Origin: Octopus vulgaris
Lineage: Eukaryota
DNA length: 64,000 nt
Direction: 5' to 3'
Assembly (NCBI GenBank): GCA_951406725.2
Contig: OX597823.1
Span: 32,612,001-32,676,000 of the forward strand
Positions 24,635 through 37,339 of this stretch are shown here, piece by piece. A program made the translations under genes and the position numbers. A model generated the notes under the pieces. It made no database searches and had not been told where the DNA came from. It saw only the letters and a list, made by a program, of their open reading frames with translations. Position 1 is the stretch's first letter; every line of letters begins with the position of its first letter.

Positions 24635-25100
24635 GTTCCTTTCGGGGTCGATAAAATAAACACTAGTTGAGCACTGTGATCGATATAATGACGGCTAATA
24701 GCCCCCCACAAAATTTCAGGCCTTGTGCCTATGGTACAAAAGGATTATTATTATTATTATTATTATTATTCGACGAGCTGGCAGAATCGTTGGCACACCG
24801 GCAAAATGCTTAGAAGCATTTCGTCCGCTTGCACTTTGTCTTTCTTCCTTTCGGGTTCGATAAAATAAGTGCCAGTTGAACACAGGGGTCGATGTAATAG
24901 GTTTAACCCCTCTCCTAAAATTTCTGCCCTTATGGCAAAATTTGAAACCATTACTATTATTACTATTCAAATTCCGCCGAGGTCGACCTCGCCTTTCATC
25001 CTTTCGGAGTCGAAAAAAAAAGTACTGGTCAAGTCCTAGAGAGGTCGATGAAATCTCCCCTGCCAAAATTTCAGGTTTTGTGCTTGGAGTAGAAAGGATT
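24635..25100 (+). mobile_element. Tandem cluster of three partial Meta-like SINEs
   Basis: CCTTTCGGGGTCGATAAAATAA-like motif three times, separated by (ATT)n/(ACT)n tails. Confidence 0.75.
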
Positions 25101-25299
25101 TTTATTAAAATATTCTCCACCTCCCACACCACGTTCAGTCGTTATTTCGATAACATTTCTTCTTCAGTAGTTATTTGATTAATAAAGTACTCGGAGTCGT
25201 ACCACACACATACACACCCCTATAATACGATCGCTGCTACCACCTCATCCAAATTTTTATGGCTTTGCAGCAAATGTTTTTTGTTCTTTTTTCTTCACA

Positions 25300-26900
25300 T
25301 AAATTTTCTCTGATCAAATTCTATAATGTCGATTGTTCGTTATTTGCCAGTAAGGCTATTATTGTATGGCGAGTGGAGGGCTCTAGACCCGACCCTTCTT
25401 CGTTTTGGGTGGTTGGTTGAGGAAAGGTCTGTACATAACGGTAAGGTACTTGCTAATGATGAGCATCAAGAGCTAAGCTCCTAATAAACAGGTTGCGTCG
25501 CTCTGTTGTGTTTCACAGCTCGAGCTATTTCATTTCAATACATTGCAAATGTTTTTGAGAGACAAATGATTGTCACAAATTCTCATTGAGTTTTTCCTTT
25601 CCTAAAAATACTCTCAGTGTCTGATGTAAGGTAGCTGGCTACTTCCGCCTTCAGTTTGGTTAAATTTCATTTCCCGATGTTATGTCTTTCATTCCTCTAA
25701 CCAACTCAGTACAGTACTGATGCCCCCCCCCCCGCCTTTCCCCTCTCTCAGGAGAAAACCCAGTGTCACTTTATTTAATTACTATTTTTCACAGTTTCAC
25801 TGAAGTATGTCATAGCGTGTGTCTTTATACCTATCTGTCATTCTATTTCTCCATCTTTCTATCTCACTTTGTCTTTCTGTCTCATTTTCTCTCTCCTTCT
25901 TTCGCTTTATTATGCATACGCGCGCACACATACATACATACACTTTCATACACTCTCTCTCTCTCTTATTGTCTTTCTCTCTGTCAGTCCTTCTACCGCT
26001 CTGTTTTTATCACTGTTTCTGTCAACCCCCCCTCTCTCTCTTTCTGTTACACACACTTTTTCGATCAATCTCTCTCGCTCTATCACTCGTTTTACCTTTC
26101 TCTGTCGGTTTATTATTATTATTATTATTATTATTAATAAACAATCATCGTCTTCCGTTGCACCCACAAATAACTGTTGATCATTTACTCACCTTTTTAA
26201 TGGTGGTTTTTATACATTAATTAAAGGTTATCACCGAAATTAAAATTCTTCACGATATATCTTATCCAGCAGAACAACCATTATCTAAGTGTATCACGTT
26301 ATAAGGCTAAACTGTTTCTTTATTCCTTCCGTACACATTTTTAAAGGAAGAAATAAATTTCTATGTATTTTATATACAATATAATTTCGACCAACACTCA
26401 AACGGATTAATGGCAATTTTTTCCGAATCAATATTTCGGCCTTGCGATCTCCTGTCTATATGTGATACCATTTAACAGAATTGTTTTGCAATTGCTATTG
26501 TTTTATTTAATTCCTGATGCTAAAAATAATTGTTTTCTATAATAGCTACTTGTAGAAACTAGTTACCCCGGAAAACTATCGTTTGGGGTTTTTGTTGTGC
26601 TTTTTTTCCTAAGCGAGCAATGTGTTATTTGTAGAGAAACAATTATTGTTTCACTTTCATAGAGTTGGTTGAGGAAGCGAGAATTTCTACTGGTTTCAAT
26701 ATCGCTCGTCTCTTGCCAAGTTCTTGGCCACAAGTGTTGTTATCTTTCCAATACTTCACCTGATGCTGACTTTTAGCTTAATTGACTATTTTTGTCTTTC
26801 TCTCTCTAGCTGTCTCTCTGTCTTATTTCAGACTTACTTTTCCAATTTTTATCTTAATATTCTAGGTTTGTCTACCAAAACGCGTTTTATCAAACGGTAA
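25300..26900 (+). promoter_or_regulatory. Candidate promoter and 5'-UTR exons of an unidentified gene
   Basis: CpG-retaining unique DNA; donor CG|GTAAGG at 25441, CTAAT branch-like site, acceptor TTTCACAG at 25518, donor GTAAGG at 25626, mini-exon 26866-26896 (TTCTAG|..CG|GTAAAT). No ORF support. Confidence 0.3.
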
Positions 26901-28639
26901 ATAAATAAATAAAATTATAGTGCTAAGAATTATACTTAATCTGTTGAAACGTGTTGGTTTTTTTGGTTTTTTAATTTTTTTTTTAGCGTTCCTCAATGTT
27001 AAATTTATTAAGTTAAAGCCAATTTTTGCTGCTAAACATCATTATTACTACATCGAAATATGTCACCAATCCATCAACTCCAGCTGGCATCGCAGACATC
27101 GGTGGAATGACGGAGTTATTTTTCCTTGTGTAGGATTTCATAAATTACAGCTAAATACATTTCTCTTCTCTTTATCCAAATTGATAATTATCTACATCGT
27201 AGGTGGAATATTACCTCAAATGTCCTTTTGTATTTTTTTATATTTTATGAAATACTAAAACAAGGAATATTTAAACTATATATATTTATGTAATATCTCT
27301 GCTTGTGTGAGGAGAGAGAGAAAAAGAAAGAAACAAAGGTATCTTTCAAACAACATACATTAAAACGCCGTTCCATAGGGACTATATTGGTCGTGTTGAG
27401 GAACTTTAACCTTTTAGAACGGGTAAATATATTTAATAACATAAAGGTGATGAATTTAATTGCAACCATTTACATTCTAAATTCAAACCTCTTCACGTTT
27501 CGCAGGGATCGATAAAATAAAGTATCGGTCAAATATAGTTATATAGATCAATTGCACTATCTTTTAAAAAATGGGGCCTCGTAGGTAGATTTTACATACA
27601 CTTCTTCATGCTCTGAGTTCAAGTTCTGCTAAACGACTTGATCATCGGGTCTAAGGTCGATTTTACCATTAAAATGTTAAAATCGATGTAATCGATTACA
27701 CCCTTCCTCCAAAATCGTGGGCTTTGAACCAGTATGAGGAAATATTCAGAGTTTGAATGTAAGCTTACTTATATTAGAATAATTCTGAATTTTGGGTTTA
27801 TAATAGCTCCCTATTAAAAATATGTATTTATACTTATATATATATGCATATTATATTTTTATATACACATATACTTATGATAATGATATACTCTCTCACT
27901 CAATAATAATAATAGTAGTAATAGTTATAATAATAATAATTAATTTTTATACAGTGATCAGGTGCACCACATGTAAATATAAATATATATATATATATAT
28001 ATATGCATACACACATCATCATCATTTAATGTCTGTTTTCCATGCTGGACAGGTTGACAGGAACTGGTAGGGCTGGAAGCTGCACCAGACTCCATTGTCT
28101 GTTTTGGCTTGGTTTCTGCAGCTGGATGCCCTTTCTTGTGTCAACCACTTTACAGAGTGTACTGGATGTCCACAAAGATTGTGTAAAAAGACAAGTTTTA
28201 CATATCTGCCTATATATACAGTATTGGCAAAAAAGACATATACCATGTAGTACAGTATAGCACTCTAACACACAAAACTATGAATGCACCTGCAATCACC
28301 TGTCGGTCAACTTAAATTGCTGTCACAACTTTATTTCTTTTTTTAATCAAATTTTCCACAAGAAAATAAAATGAAGTTTGGGTGTATAAACTATCAAAGA
28401 TCTATGGCATTATGATAAAGCTGAAATACTCAGATACATGTATTGAATTTGGATTTACTAGTTGATAAAAAGACAGTGGATTTGTCACTGTTTGCCACTA
28501 GCTAATGACTTCATGAAGTTTGTTAAATTTAAACTTTGTTAGAAAAGTATCACCCATGCATAGTTTAAAAAAAAGGAAAAAAAGGAATGATTATTTCAAA
28601 TGTTTGTTTTCAAGTTTCCAGTTTTGGAGCTTTCTACAA

Positions 28640-29050
28640 AAGTGCCACTTGTGCCATGCAGAGGTTCCATGGTTTGCATAAAAGAATGCTCAACCAAAAA
28701 CATCTCGCATGTTTGGTGAGCAATGGCATGTGTAAAATGGATTGTAGAAATTGTTATTGGAAAAGATGCCACTGAGAAATTGAATGATATCTCTCTTTCC
28801 AGCAATACTCAACCAGATATAATAAGATGTCAAAAAGCATAGCAACCGAGTAATTAACAAAGTTATATACTTTTTTTTCTTCTTTCCCTCTGCAACTAAA
28901 TGAGTTCACTATTGTTGCTGCTTGTTCCCAGATACTGGCCTTTGTAATACATGTCCAGTACTAAATTTAAGGTGAATTCCTCATCTGCAAACTTCTGATC
29001 TTGACCAACCAAAGCTGCTGTTGTCATGACAAACTAAGTTTTCCAAGGCC
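28640..29050 (+). pseudogene. hAT (Buster/Charlie, ZBED5-like) transposase remnant
   Basis: IVEIVIGKDATEKLNDISLSSNT and FPLQLNEFTIVAACSQILAFV match the LSNNTxxR and FSLQLDESTDVxxxSQLLAFVRY motifs. Confidence 0.8.
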
Positions 29051-29099
29051 AAATAGTCTGGATGGGGAAAATCTAAGTTAGAAGTGTGGTAGATAAACC

Positions 29100-29520
29100 T
29101 TTGCTGGTTTATCTGCTATGCTTAATTAATAATGATCTTTTTTTTCCTGTATTTAAAATACCCCCCACCTCTACAATTAAATTTCAAATCCATTTGCAGT
29201 TTGCTTTGCAATTTCACCTTCCAAGTGTCAATGAAATAATAGGTAACATACCTCACAATGGTGTCACTGACTTTACATGGTCAGTGGTACTTTAACAGGA
29301 TTTCCAAAGAGTAATTCTATTAGCATTCTACCAGCATAGTGTGGTTGTCTCCTTGCAATGATAGTGAAATATATACTGCAGTACTAAAGAGGAATTTGGA
29401 CAGCGGTTTGAGGGCTTTCAAGGTCAGGAAGCAGAAACTACCTCTAGAGTCCCTTCAGTAGGCCACCAGATGCAACTCTTGAAAAGTATTAGCTAGAAAT
29501 AAACCTTCAGTCTATTGATG
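29100..29520 (-). pseudogene. Highly decayed RTE-like fragment
   Basis: LEILLKYH*PCKVSDTIV resembles the RTE thumb motif LRxLLxIxWxDKVxxTEV; weak. Confidence 0.35.
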
Positions 29521-29806
29521 CATTGAAAACTATTTTTAAAGAGTTTCATTGTCATCCACTTTTCCATAGGTCAGATGTAATTCATTGAAGAAGACATTCT
29601 ATGGCTGGATGGCCCTTCTTGTTGACAACCTTCTAAGCAGCGTGATTTCTCCCAATGGCTAGACATATTTCCATGGATGATTGGAAATAGATAACGCCTT
29701 TTGTATGATGGTGACTCTTGTTTATAACTAAGACATGATGTCAAGACAAGGATACACAAACACATGCACACACACACATATATACATACACATATATACA
29801 CACACT

Positions 29807-30027
29807 GCAAGCTGGCAGAATCATTAGCATGCTGGATGAAATGCTTAGCGTTATTTTGTCTGCCATTACATTCTGAGTTCAAATTTCATCAAGGTCGACT
29901 TTGTCTTTCATCCTTTCAGGGTGGATTAAATAAGTACCAGTTACGCACTGGGGTCGATGTAATCGACTTAATCCCTTTGTCTGTCCTTGTTTGTCCCCTC
30001 TATGTTTAGCCCCATGTAAGCAATAAA
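29807..30027 (+). mobile_element. Meta-like SINE
   Basis: Full head, central domain and GTTTGTCCCCTCTATGTTTAGCCCC tail, as at 3193-3378. Confidence 0.8.
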
Positions 30028-30819
30028 TATATACACACACACACAATGGTTTCTTTCAGCATGGAAAATGGATACTAAATGGTGATGATGATGATCATCA
30101 TCATTTAACATCTTTCAGGCTGACATTGGTTGAATGGTTTGGCAGGATCTGATGTATCCAAAGACTGCATCATGCTGCAGTGCATGGTTTCCAAGGCTGG
30201 ATGCCCTTCCTAATTCCAACCACTAATGCACAAACTAGGTGCTTTTAATCATTCCACCTGAACTATTGAGGTTACCATGCAGTTTACAAGAGTACGAATG
30301 CTGGGGGGGGGGGGAGTGGGTTGGGAAGGGTCAGCAGGTTTTTGATGGATCTGCATGGCTACTTACATGTAGGAGGGAAAAGAAGGAGAAAGGAAGGAGA
30401 AATGGTCTGTAGAAACTGCAAGAAATAAAGGCAATGAGGGGCCTAGGTGATACCACATGGCACAAGCTGAGTAGAAGTGGGTGTGTGGGTGGGTTGGCAA
30501 GATAGTATAGGAAGGAGAATGAATGGGTGGGGAGGCACACTGCCAAAATGGATTAAATTGAAGGATGGATGAACAAAGAACCATGAGCTAGGGAAGATAG
30601 AGGGATGCAGAAGGGGGAGTGTGGAAAGGGGCCAGCAACAGGAAGCAGTAGTAGTTAAGCTGATACAGTTGCCAACAGGGATGACAAGAGAGGTGACATG
30701 ATTAGATAGGCTGTAGAAGCTGGGACTGGGGTGGGATGTAAGTAGGCATAATGCATGAGAGTGGGGAAGACTCATAACATGGGTGGAGGGCGCAGAACAG
30801 CAGTTCCAGAGGATGAGTC

Positions 30820-31322
30820 TTTTCAAGACGTTTGTATCTTCAGAGATCCTAGTCCTTTGTCATCTCCTCTGTCAGGCTCAGGGTCTTCAGGTCAGCTTTC
30901 ACATCTTCATCCTATGTCTTCTTGGGTCTCACTCTTCCACAAGTTCCAACCACTTTTAAGTAATCAGTACTTTATATGGCCATCCTTATCCACATGCATC
31001 ACTGTCCATATCAGTGGAGTATTCTTGCTTGAACTCTTTATCGGATTCCTCTAATGCCCAGTTTTTCACTCAGCACCTTTGTACTAATTCTTTTATGCAC
31101 ATTCATATTGTACATTTAATGGAACATGCTTGCTTCATTTCTTTCCAGTCTTCTCAAGTCCTCTAGATTCAAGGCCCATGTCTCACTACCATGCAGTATT
31201 GCAGTTCTTACACAAGCATCATACAATCTGCATTTCACTGTTAGGGGAAAGGTCTTTGTTGTCAAAAGTGGTAGTAGCTTCCTGAACATTCTCCAAACAG
31301 TTTTTACTCTAACTATTATACC
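30820..31322 (-). pseudogene. RTE-clade LINE 3' fragment
   Basis: RLYDACVRTAILHGSETWAL..LERNEASM, then WxGH and RPKKT-like motifs. Confidence 0.85.
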
Positions 31323-33032
31323 TTCGTACACACACGCACAGACACAGAACATTCATCTTCATGCATCCCATACGTATATTAATGGGTTTAAGAGTATATA
31401 GTTGTGTGAATGTGGTTGTATATTTTTTCGTATGTTAATTCTTTTGTGCATGTGCTTCAATGTAAGTGTGGGTAGGATTTTGATTTCACTACAGTTCATT
31501 AAGCTAGCAAGTATTTTGAAGTGTACTTAAAAAATGTGATGAAAATTAGGGTCCAGAAACTTTTATGTGTGGTCTTCTAACCCTATTTGAAAATTACGGT
31601 TATTTAATGCTATTTCTTCTCCTGTTGTCTCAGGGCAATGCCTTATCTATTTTGTCTGCTAGTTCCATGAGAAATGTTTCTATATTGTGAAAGGCAAGAT
31701 TCTCCATTGTATATTTATTAATATATTTTGAGCAGACAGTGGACTTCAAGCATTGTCTATCTGTTTTCTTCCAATTCTCTTCTCTATATTCTTCCCTTGT
31801 TTAATTCACTTATATTATATTGTTTTTATATATGCTTTTGTATACTTTTTAAAGCTATTAATCTTTTAAATATTTACTATAACTGCTTTCTTTCCTCTTT
31901 TTAACCCTTCCTGCTTTTTGTTAACATTAAAGACAGTCAATTCCCTGAAATTAGATCCAACACCTTAATTGATATGAAAGGACATATCTTTATTTTTACT
32001 GACCATACCAAGATAATTTTATCTGGTCTTGGTCTTCCATACATTGTATATATAAAGAGAAAATTGTCTATGTATACTTAAAGATAAATCATTGGTGTAA
32101 CCATGACATTCTGGTGATCTGAAGAACTTCCTTTGTTTATTTGCATTGGTTTGTAAATATTCAACTGTATTGTATAATGTGTAACATGCATATTAGTGCA
32201 GACATGTAAACATAATTTATTATACGTTGAAATTATTAGTACCTGAGGAAGGCTGTGAAACAGCCATAACCTTAAAGATGTCAAGTGGTTAAATAAATAT
32301 ATTCACCTCTCATACCTCTTAACATTTCGTTAGCTATATACTCCTCATGAAATGATTTTTTCATCAACTGGATCTTCTGGATTTCAACTGCATGGAACTC
32401 TGCATTATACTCCCCTGTATTGGATTTCTGTGGTCTGTTAGCCAAGTCCATTAGCAGAGCTTTCTGTGATAGCCACACAATTCTGTGAATCCATTCATTA
32501 CACTATGTATGTATGTATATATGTATGTATGTATATATGTATGTATGTGTATATGTATGTGTGTATATATATATATATATAATTATCAGATGCTTCCAGG
32601 TTGGAGATGTTCAATCATAAATTTATTTTCTTTCAATTTTGTATACTAATGGCAGTTTGTCGTAACAAATTTGGTCATTTTGTTGCTATTTTACTAAATG
32701 TTAATTTAATCACTGGAATGGTTGTTAATCCAGGCATTTGAAGGGCCAAGAAAAAACCCATCCAACCTGTGACTCTCAATGCAAGTTTCTCTGAAGATGA
32801 AGATAGGAAGTGTGTTGTTGTCTTTGATGTTAAAACATCAATTTTAAAAATCCAGAAAATGGCAAGACTTTCAACATTTTTCAGTATTTTAAAGGTTTTT
32901 CTATATTCCCCATTCAAAAGTTCTTAATTTCTTGTGTTTTGTATTGTAGGGTTTAACAAAGTATTGGGATATGTTACAACTATTGGACAACTCAACTGAA
33001 TGTGTTTGTGTTCAGTTCTTTTGTCAATACTT

Positions 33033-33418
33033 AGGCACAGGTTTGGCTGTGTGGTAAAAAGTTTGCTTCCCAACCAAATAGTTCCAGGTTCAGTCCCACT
33101 GTATGGCACCTTGGGCAAGTGCCTTCTCTAACCTCAGGCCAACCAAAGCCTTGTGAGTAGATTTGGTAGACGGAAACTGAAAGAAGGCCATTTTATATAT
33201 ATGGTTGTGTGTGTGTGTTTGCTCTCCACCACCACTTGACAGCCGGTGTTGGTGTGTTTATGTCCCCACAACCTAGCAGTTCAGCAAAAGAAATTGACAT
33301 AATAAGTACCAAGCTTTTAAAAAAATAAGTTCTGGTGTCGATTCATTTGATTAAAAATTCTTCAAGGCAATGCCCCAGCATGGCCGCAGGCTAATTACTG
33401 AAATAAGTAAAGGATAAA
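33033..33418 (+). mobile_element. CORE-type SINE with CR1-like tail
   Basis: Older copy of the 17437-17832 family (GCCCCAGCATGGCCGCAG tail); another copy on the minus strand at about 34415-34680. Confidence 0.85.
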
Positions 33419-35776
33419 TATTAATGCTAGAAATTAATTTATTTCCTCATTAGAATTTTAAGTCATCAGGAGATTTTGATCAGAGTTATTGTACACTGAT
33501 CTTGTGTGTTAGTGAGCCAAGAGAAAGCCTATCTGATTTATCATTCTCAGTGCCAGTTCCTCCATAGGGAGAAGTCATACACCAGCTGAAGAAACAGACA
33601 GACCATCAATGTTCAATCAACAACTACTATCTTTTTTGCTTCAGTGTTGAATGCAACTTCTAATGGAAAATACCAATTGCAGCCACAAATGCCATTTTCA
33701 TTGTATGTTAGTTCTAATTATGGTCTGTGGATTTACTTTAGGATGTTCTAATAACCCTTCAGCCATTTTCTAAACTGAAGTTAGGGCCTTGTAAAGTAAA
33801 AAACAGTGGTTTATATTTTTGTTTTGAATGCCAGAAAGTAAAGACATTCTTCAACTTTTGGGTGCAAGCAAGGCTTTAGGGTTAAAAAGTTTATTTCAGG
33901 ATCATTTGATTTGATGTTCCATTCCACTATGGGATGGTTATAGAAGCTTCTGGTACCATAGCCTCAAAGTAATTCAAGCCTTGTGGAATCAGGTAGACGA
34001 AAATTGTACTGAAGCCTGTCAGATAGACAATGATGTTGTTGTGTAGTAAACTAAATCTAGCACTTGGCAAAGACCACTTCTGCACCCTCAGGTGCATTTG
34101 GCAGTGATCACTCTGTTGCAGTTATTTGGTTCAAGTTATCAGTCTGAAGATAACTATAGTGTTATAGTTTCTTCCTTTTCTTTCCTATTAGTCTGGGAAA
34201 TCCTGTTAGAAGATCATAAGTATTGTCTGTCTGTCTGTCTCTTCTAATGAACCCATAAAAACAGGCATCTTTTGACTAAGATGTTGTATTGCTGGTGAGT
34301 GAGTTTTGGGTTTTGCTTGTGCTACAGCCACCAAGCAATGTGAGAGATGTGTGTCAACTGTTTCAACCAGAAAAGTAAATATGCAAAAGAGAGAAGTAAT
34401 CTTTTATCTTTTACATGCTTCACTCATTAGACTGCGTCCATGCTGGAGCACTGAAAGATATTGTTGTTCAAATCAACTTCAGTACATATTTCTTTAACAT
34501 CTGGCACATTTCATTGGTCTCTTTTGTCAAACTGCTTAGTAATGGAAATGTAAACAAACCAACACTGGTTGTCAACTATTGGTGACAGACAAGCACACAC
34601 ACACACACACACACATGAAGGGCTTGCACACAGTTTCTGTCTACAAATTCAATTGCAAGGCATTTGTGAGCCTAAGGCTGAAGATTTTTAAGTTCTACGA
34701 GTCATTACTTTTTTTCCACCAAAGTATTGGTTCCAGAGAAGCCATTGCTCTACTGAACTTTTGCAGTTTGTCAAAGACATTTATCAAATGGCTTACAAAC
34801 AAATGTTGAATTACACATCTATTATAAACATTCATTTTTAACTATGAAGAATTAAGTGTAATGATAATGATTTTTAAGATTGGCATAAAGCCATGCATTC
34901 TGGAGAAGGAGTATAATTGATTAAATCAATATTCATTATATTACTGATACCTATTTTATTGATCCCCACCTCCAAGAGAGACAAAAGACAGATATGATTC
35001 CATTGAAATTTTGAATCCAAACATAAAGTGTTATGAGTATTTGGTCAGCTTATCTGCCATTCTCAACCTTATAACAGATGATGATGATAATAATAAGATA
35101 ATCTGTCTGTTTAATTAGCTGTCAGGTTGACAGATGTCAATATTGTTTAATTTATGTAATCTCCTAACCAAATTTATTACCACTTACAATCTAATTAGTT
35201 GCAGTTGCTTGTACTAATTTATCTATTAATGAAGTAGGTAATTTCACCTTTGTTTGTTATGGTTTGCAGAGGGAGCTCTTGGTGTATGTGGGGGGAGGGC
35301 AGGACTGAGCAGGTATTTTAATCAGTTGGCATTGAATCAGGAAAGGAGAATATGTTGTTGATTGAACCTAATTTAGTGAGGAATATGCAGTGGGGTGGGG
35401 TGGGGGTAGGCAGCCAGAGTCTGTGATATGGTGTGGGGGTAGTTGGGTGTTATTCTTCAGTACACTGAACCCCGGAGTATATCCTGTTGTCTATGTTTCA
35501 AAGATGTCCTCTGGAAGCAGGCTTTGCTATCTTGTAGAGCATCCTGTCTTTCATGACATTAACAAATATCAATGTACTATCATAGGTGTCACCCATAAGA
35601 AGATTGAACTCAAGTCTGTATGTTAACAACACTGTTAACATTGTACAGTGCCTCATTCTACTTTCATCAGGTCCCTAAACAAGATGGGGAGTTGACTGAC
35701 ATATTAGAATATTGGACAGAACACTTAGTGGTATTTGGTCCAATTCTCTGCAATTCATTATATATAGGGGTCATTG

Positions 35777-35965
35777 ATGTCTGTGAAGATATGGCAGCAG
35801 ATCATTATACCACTGTATAGAGGATGCTGATGTCTGTGTAGATATGTAATGTAGCAGACCACTATAGCACTGTACAATGGACCTGGATGAGTGTGAAGAT
35901 ATGACAGTGGACCACTATACCATTGTATAGAGGGCTTGGATGACTATGGATATGACAGTGGACTG
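35777..35965. repeat. About 53-bp minisatellite, roughly 3.5 copies
   Basis: Unit GATGTCTGTGAAGATATGGCAGCAGACCACTATACCACTGTATAGAGG repeated with divergence. Confidence 0.8.
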
Positions 35966-36024
35966 TGTGTTGAGAAGTCTGTTGTTCATTTCCTGTCACT
36001 AGAAATATGTTGCATGTGGCCAAC

Positions 36025-36706
36025 ATATGAGGTTGGGCTGAAAGGTTCATAGGCTGACCACAAAGGAATGATGCTAGAACTATAAAATCTTGCATGCATT
36101 AATTTCAACTCTCCTTATGAACAAACTGCATTGTTTCCTTCCAGGTAAACTGACATCTGACTGTTCAAGGAAGACTTCATAAGTAACTGGTTGCTATGTC
36201 TTTTGAAAATGGATAAAATTTGGTATTGTGGTGTTATTAAGTACCTGCAAGAAAAGGCTTTTGTCCTCAACGACAGTCATGCTGACATGCTTGCTATACT
36301 AGAGGATGATGTTCCATCTTTATCTGCCAAAAGTGGGCAGCTGAATTTAAGAGGGGAAAGGTAGAGTCATCAAGATCTGGATGCCCTACAACTTGCACCA
36401 CCAAGAAAAATATTGATTGTGTTCACCACATGGTAATGGATGACAGGTGATTGACTGTAAATCAAATAGCCAATGCCATCAGCAATGTCCCATGAGTGAG
36501 TTGAGAATATTCTGCACTATGAACTTGACATGATGAAAGGTTCTGCTTGGTGGGTGTCATGTCTTCTGACACCTGGTCATAAGTGCACCAGACTGATCAC
36601 ATCACAGGAAACTGAAGCAGATCCGGCTGGTTACCTCAAACATTTCGTAACCCAGGATGAGTGTTGGTTTCATCATTTTGAGTCAGAGACAAAGAGACAA
36701 TCAATG
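36025..36706 (+). mobile_element. Mariner transposon remnant (5' end and N-terminal half of the transposase)
   Basis: KWAAEFKRG, SAWWVSCLLT (for SARWVPRLLT), FVTQDECWFHHFESETKRQSM (first D of the DD34D triad). Confidence 0.88.
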
Positions 36707-36818
36707 TACCACACAACATTGACTAGTGATCAGTGAGTTCAAATTGTGAACTAGACAATCTGGAGATGGAAGGTATGGAAGCTGAAATATGCTAAAATCT
36801 AAGAAGTACTAGCCGACA

Positions 36819-37193
36819 TCTCTCTATATATAAACGGCAGTTTGTCTGTGCGTGTTTCTGTGTGTCTGTTTTCTCGTACCCTCACTCTGACCACGGCTTT
36901 CAACCGATTCTGATGAAACTTAACACACACATAGCCCAATGTCATAATTCAAAACTAACGCAGCGAAAATTTTGAAAAGTTCCCCCAGTTCTGAAAAAAA
37001 ATCGATAAATTCGACATGGGGTCGAGAATCAGAAACACAAACCGCAAACTGTCTAGGGGACGCAAATCCACCTTTTTTTACTCTCAAAAAAAAATTTACC
37101 ATAATTTTTTTCCATTTTTTGGCTATAACTCTCTAAAAATGCTTTATAGTTATTTCCCTTACAAACCCGAGCAACGCCGGGCGATACTGCTAG
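36819..37193 (+). mobile_element. Non-autonomous Helitron
   Basis: Inserted between A and T; starts TC(TCTCTATATATAAA); subterminal hairpin CCCG-A-GC-AAC-GC-CGGG at 37166-37181; ends CTAG; CpG-rich, so young. Confidence 0.88.
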
Positions 37194-37339
37194 TGTATGA
37201 TACAGAACAGAAGATAAGAGACTTTTGATATACAGTATACCAGTGAATTTCTACAAGACAACTTGCTGCAGGCTACAGACCAGATCTGTAGATGGAGCAA
37301 AGTTCCAGCCAGGCATGATGTGACATGGTGGTGGAATGA

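Noticed and set aside
25455-25627. C/D box snoRNA (ATGATGA at 25456 or ATGATT at 25567, with CTGA at 25621)
   Set aside because: Spacing is too long for the good C box, the other C box is poor, and I recognise no rRNA-complementary guide.
32281-32478. Protein-like 65-aa minus-strand ORF with a possible donor
   Set aside because: No recognisable motif or partner exon; cannot be assigned without a search.
35777-35965. CRISPR-like array (also 7649-7793 and 62820-62962)
   Set aside because: Whole units are homologous with no unique spacers, there are no cas genes and the context is eukaryotic.
36909-36921. CTGATGAAAC as a hammerhead core
   Set aside because: No stem II; it is part of the Helitron internal motif.
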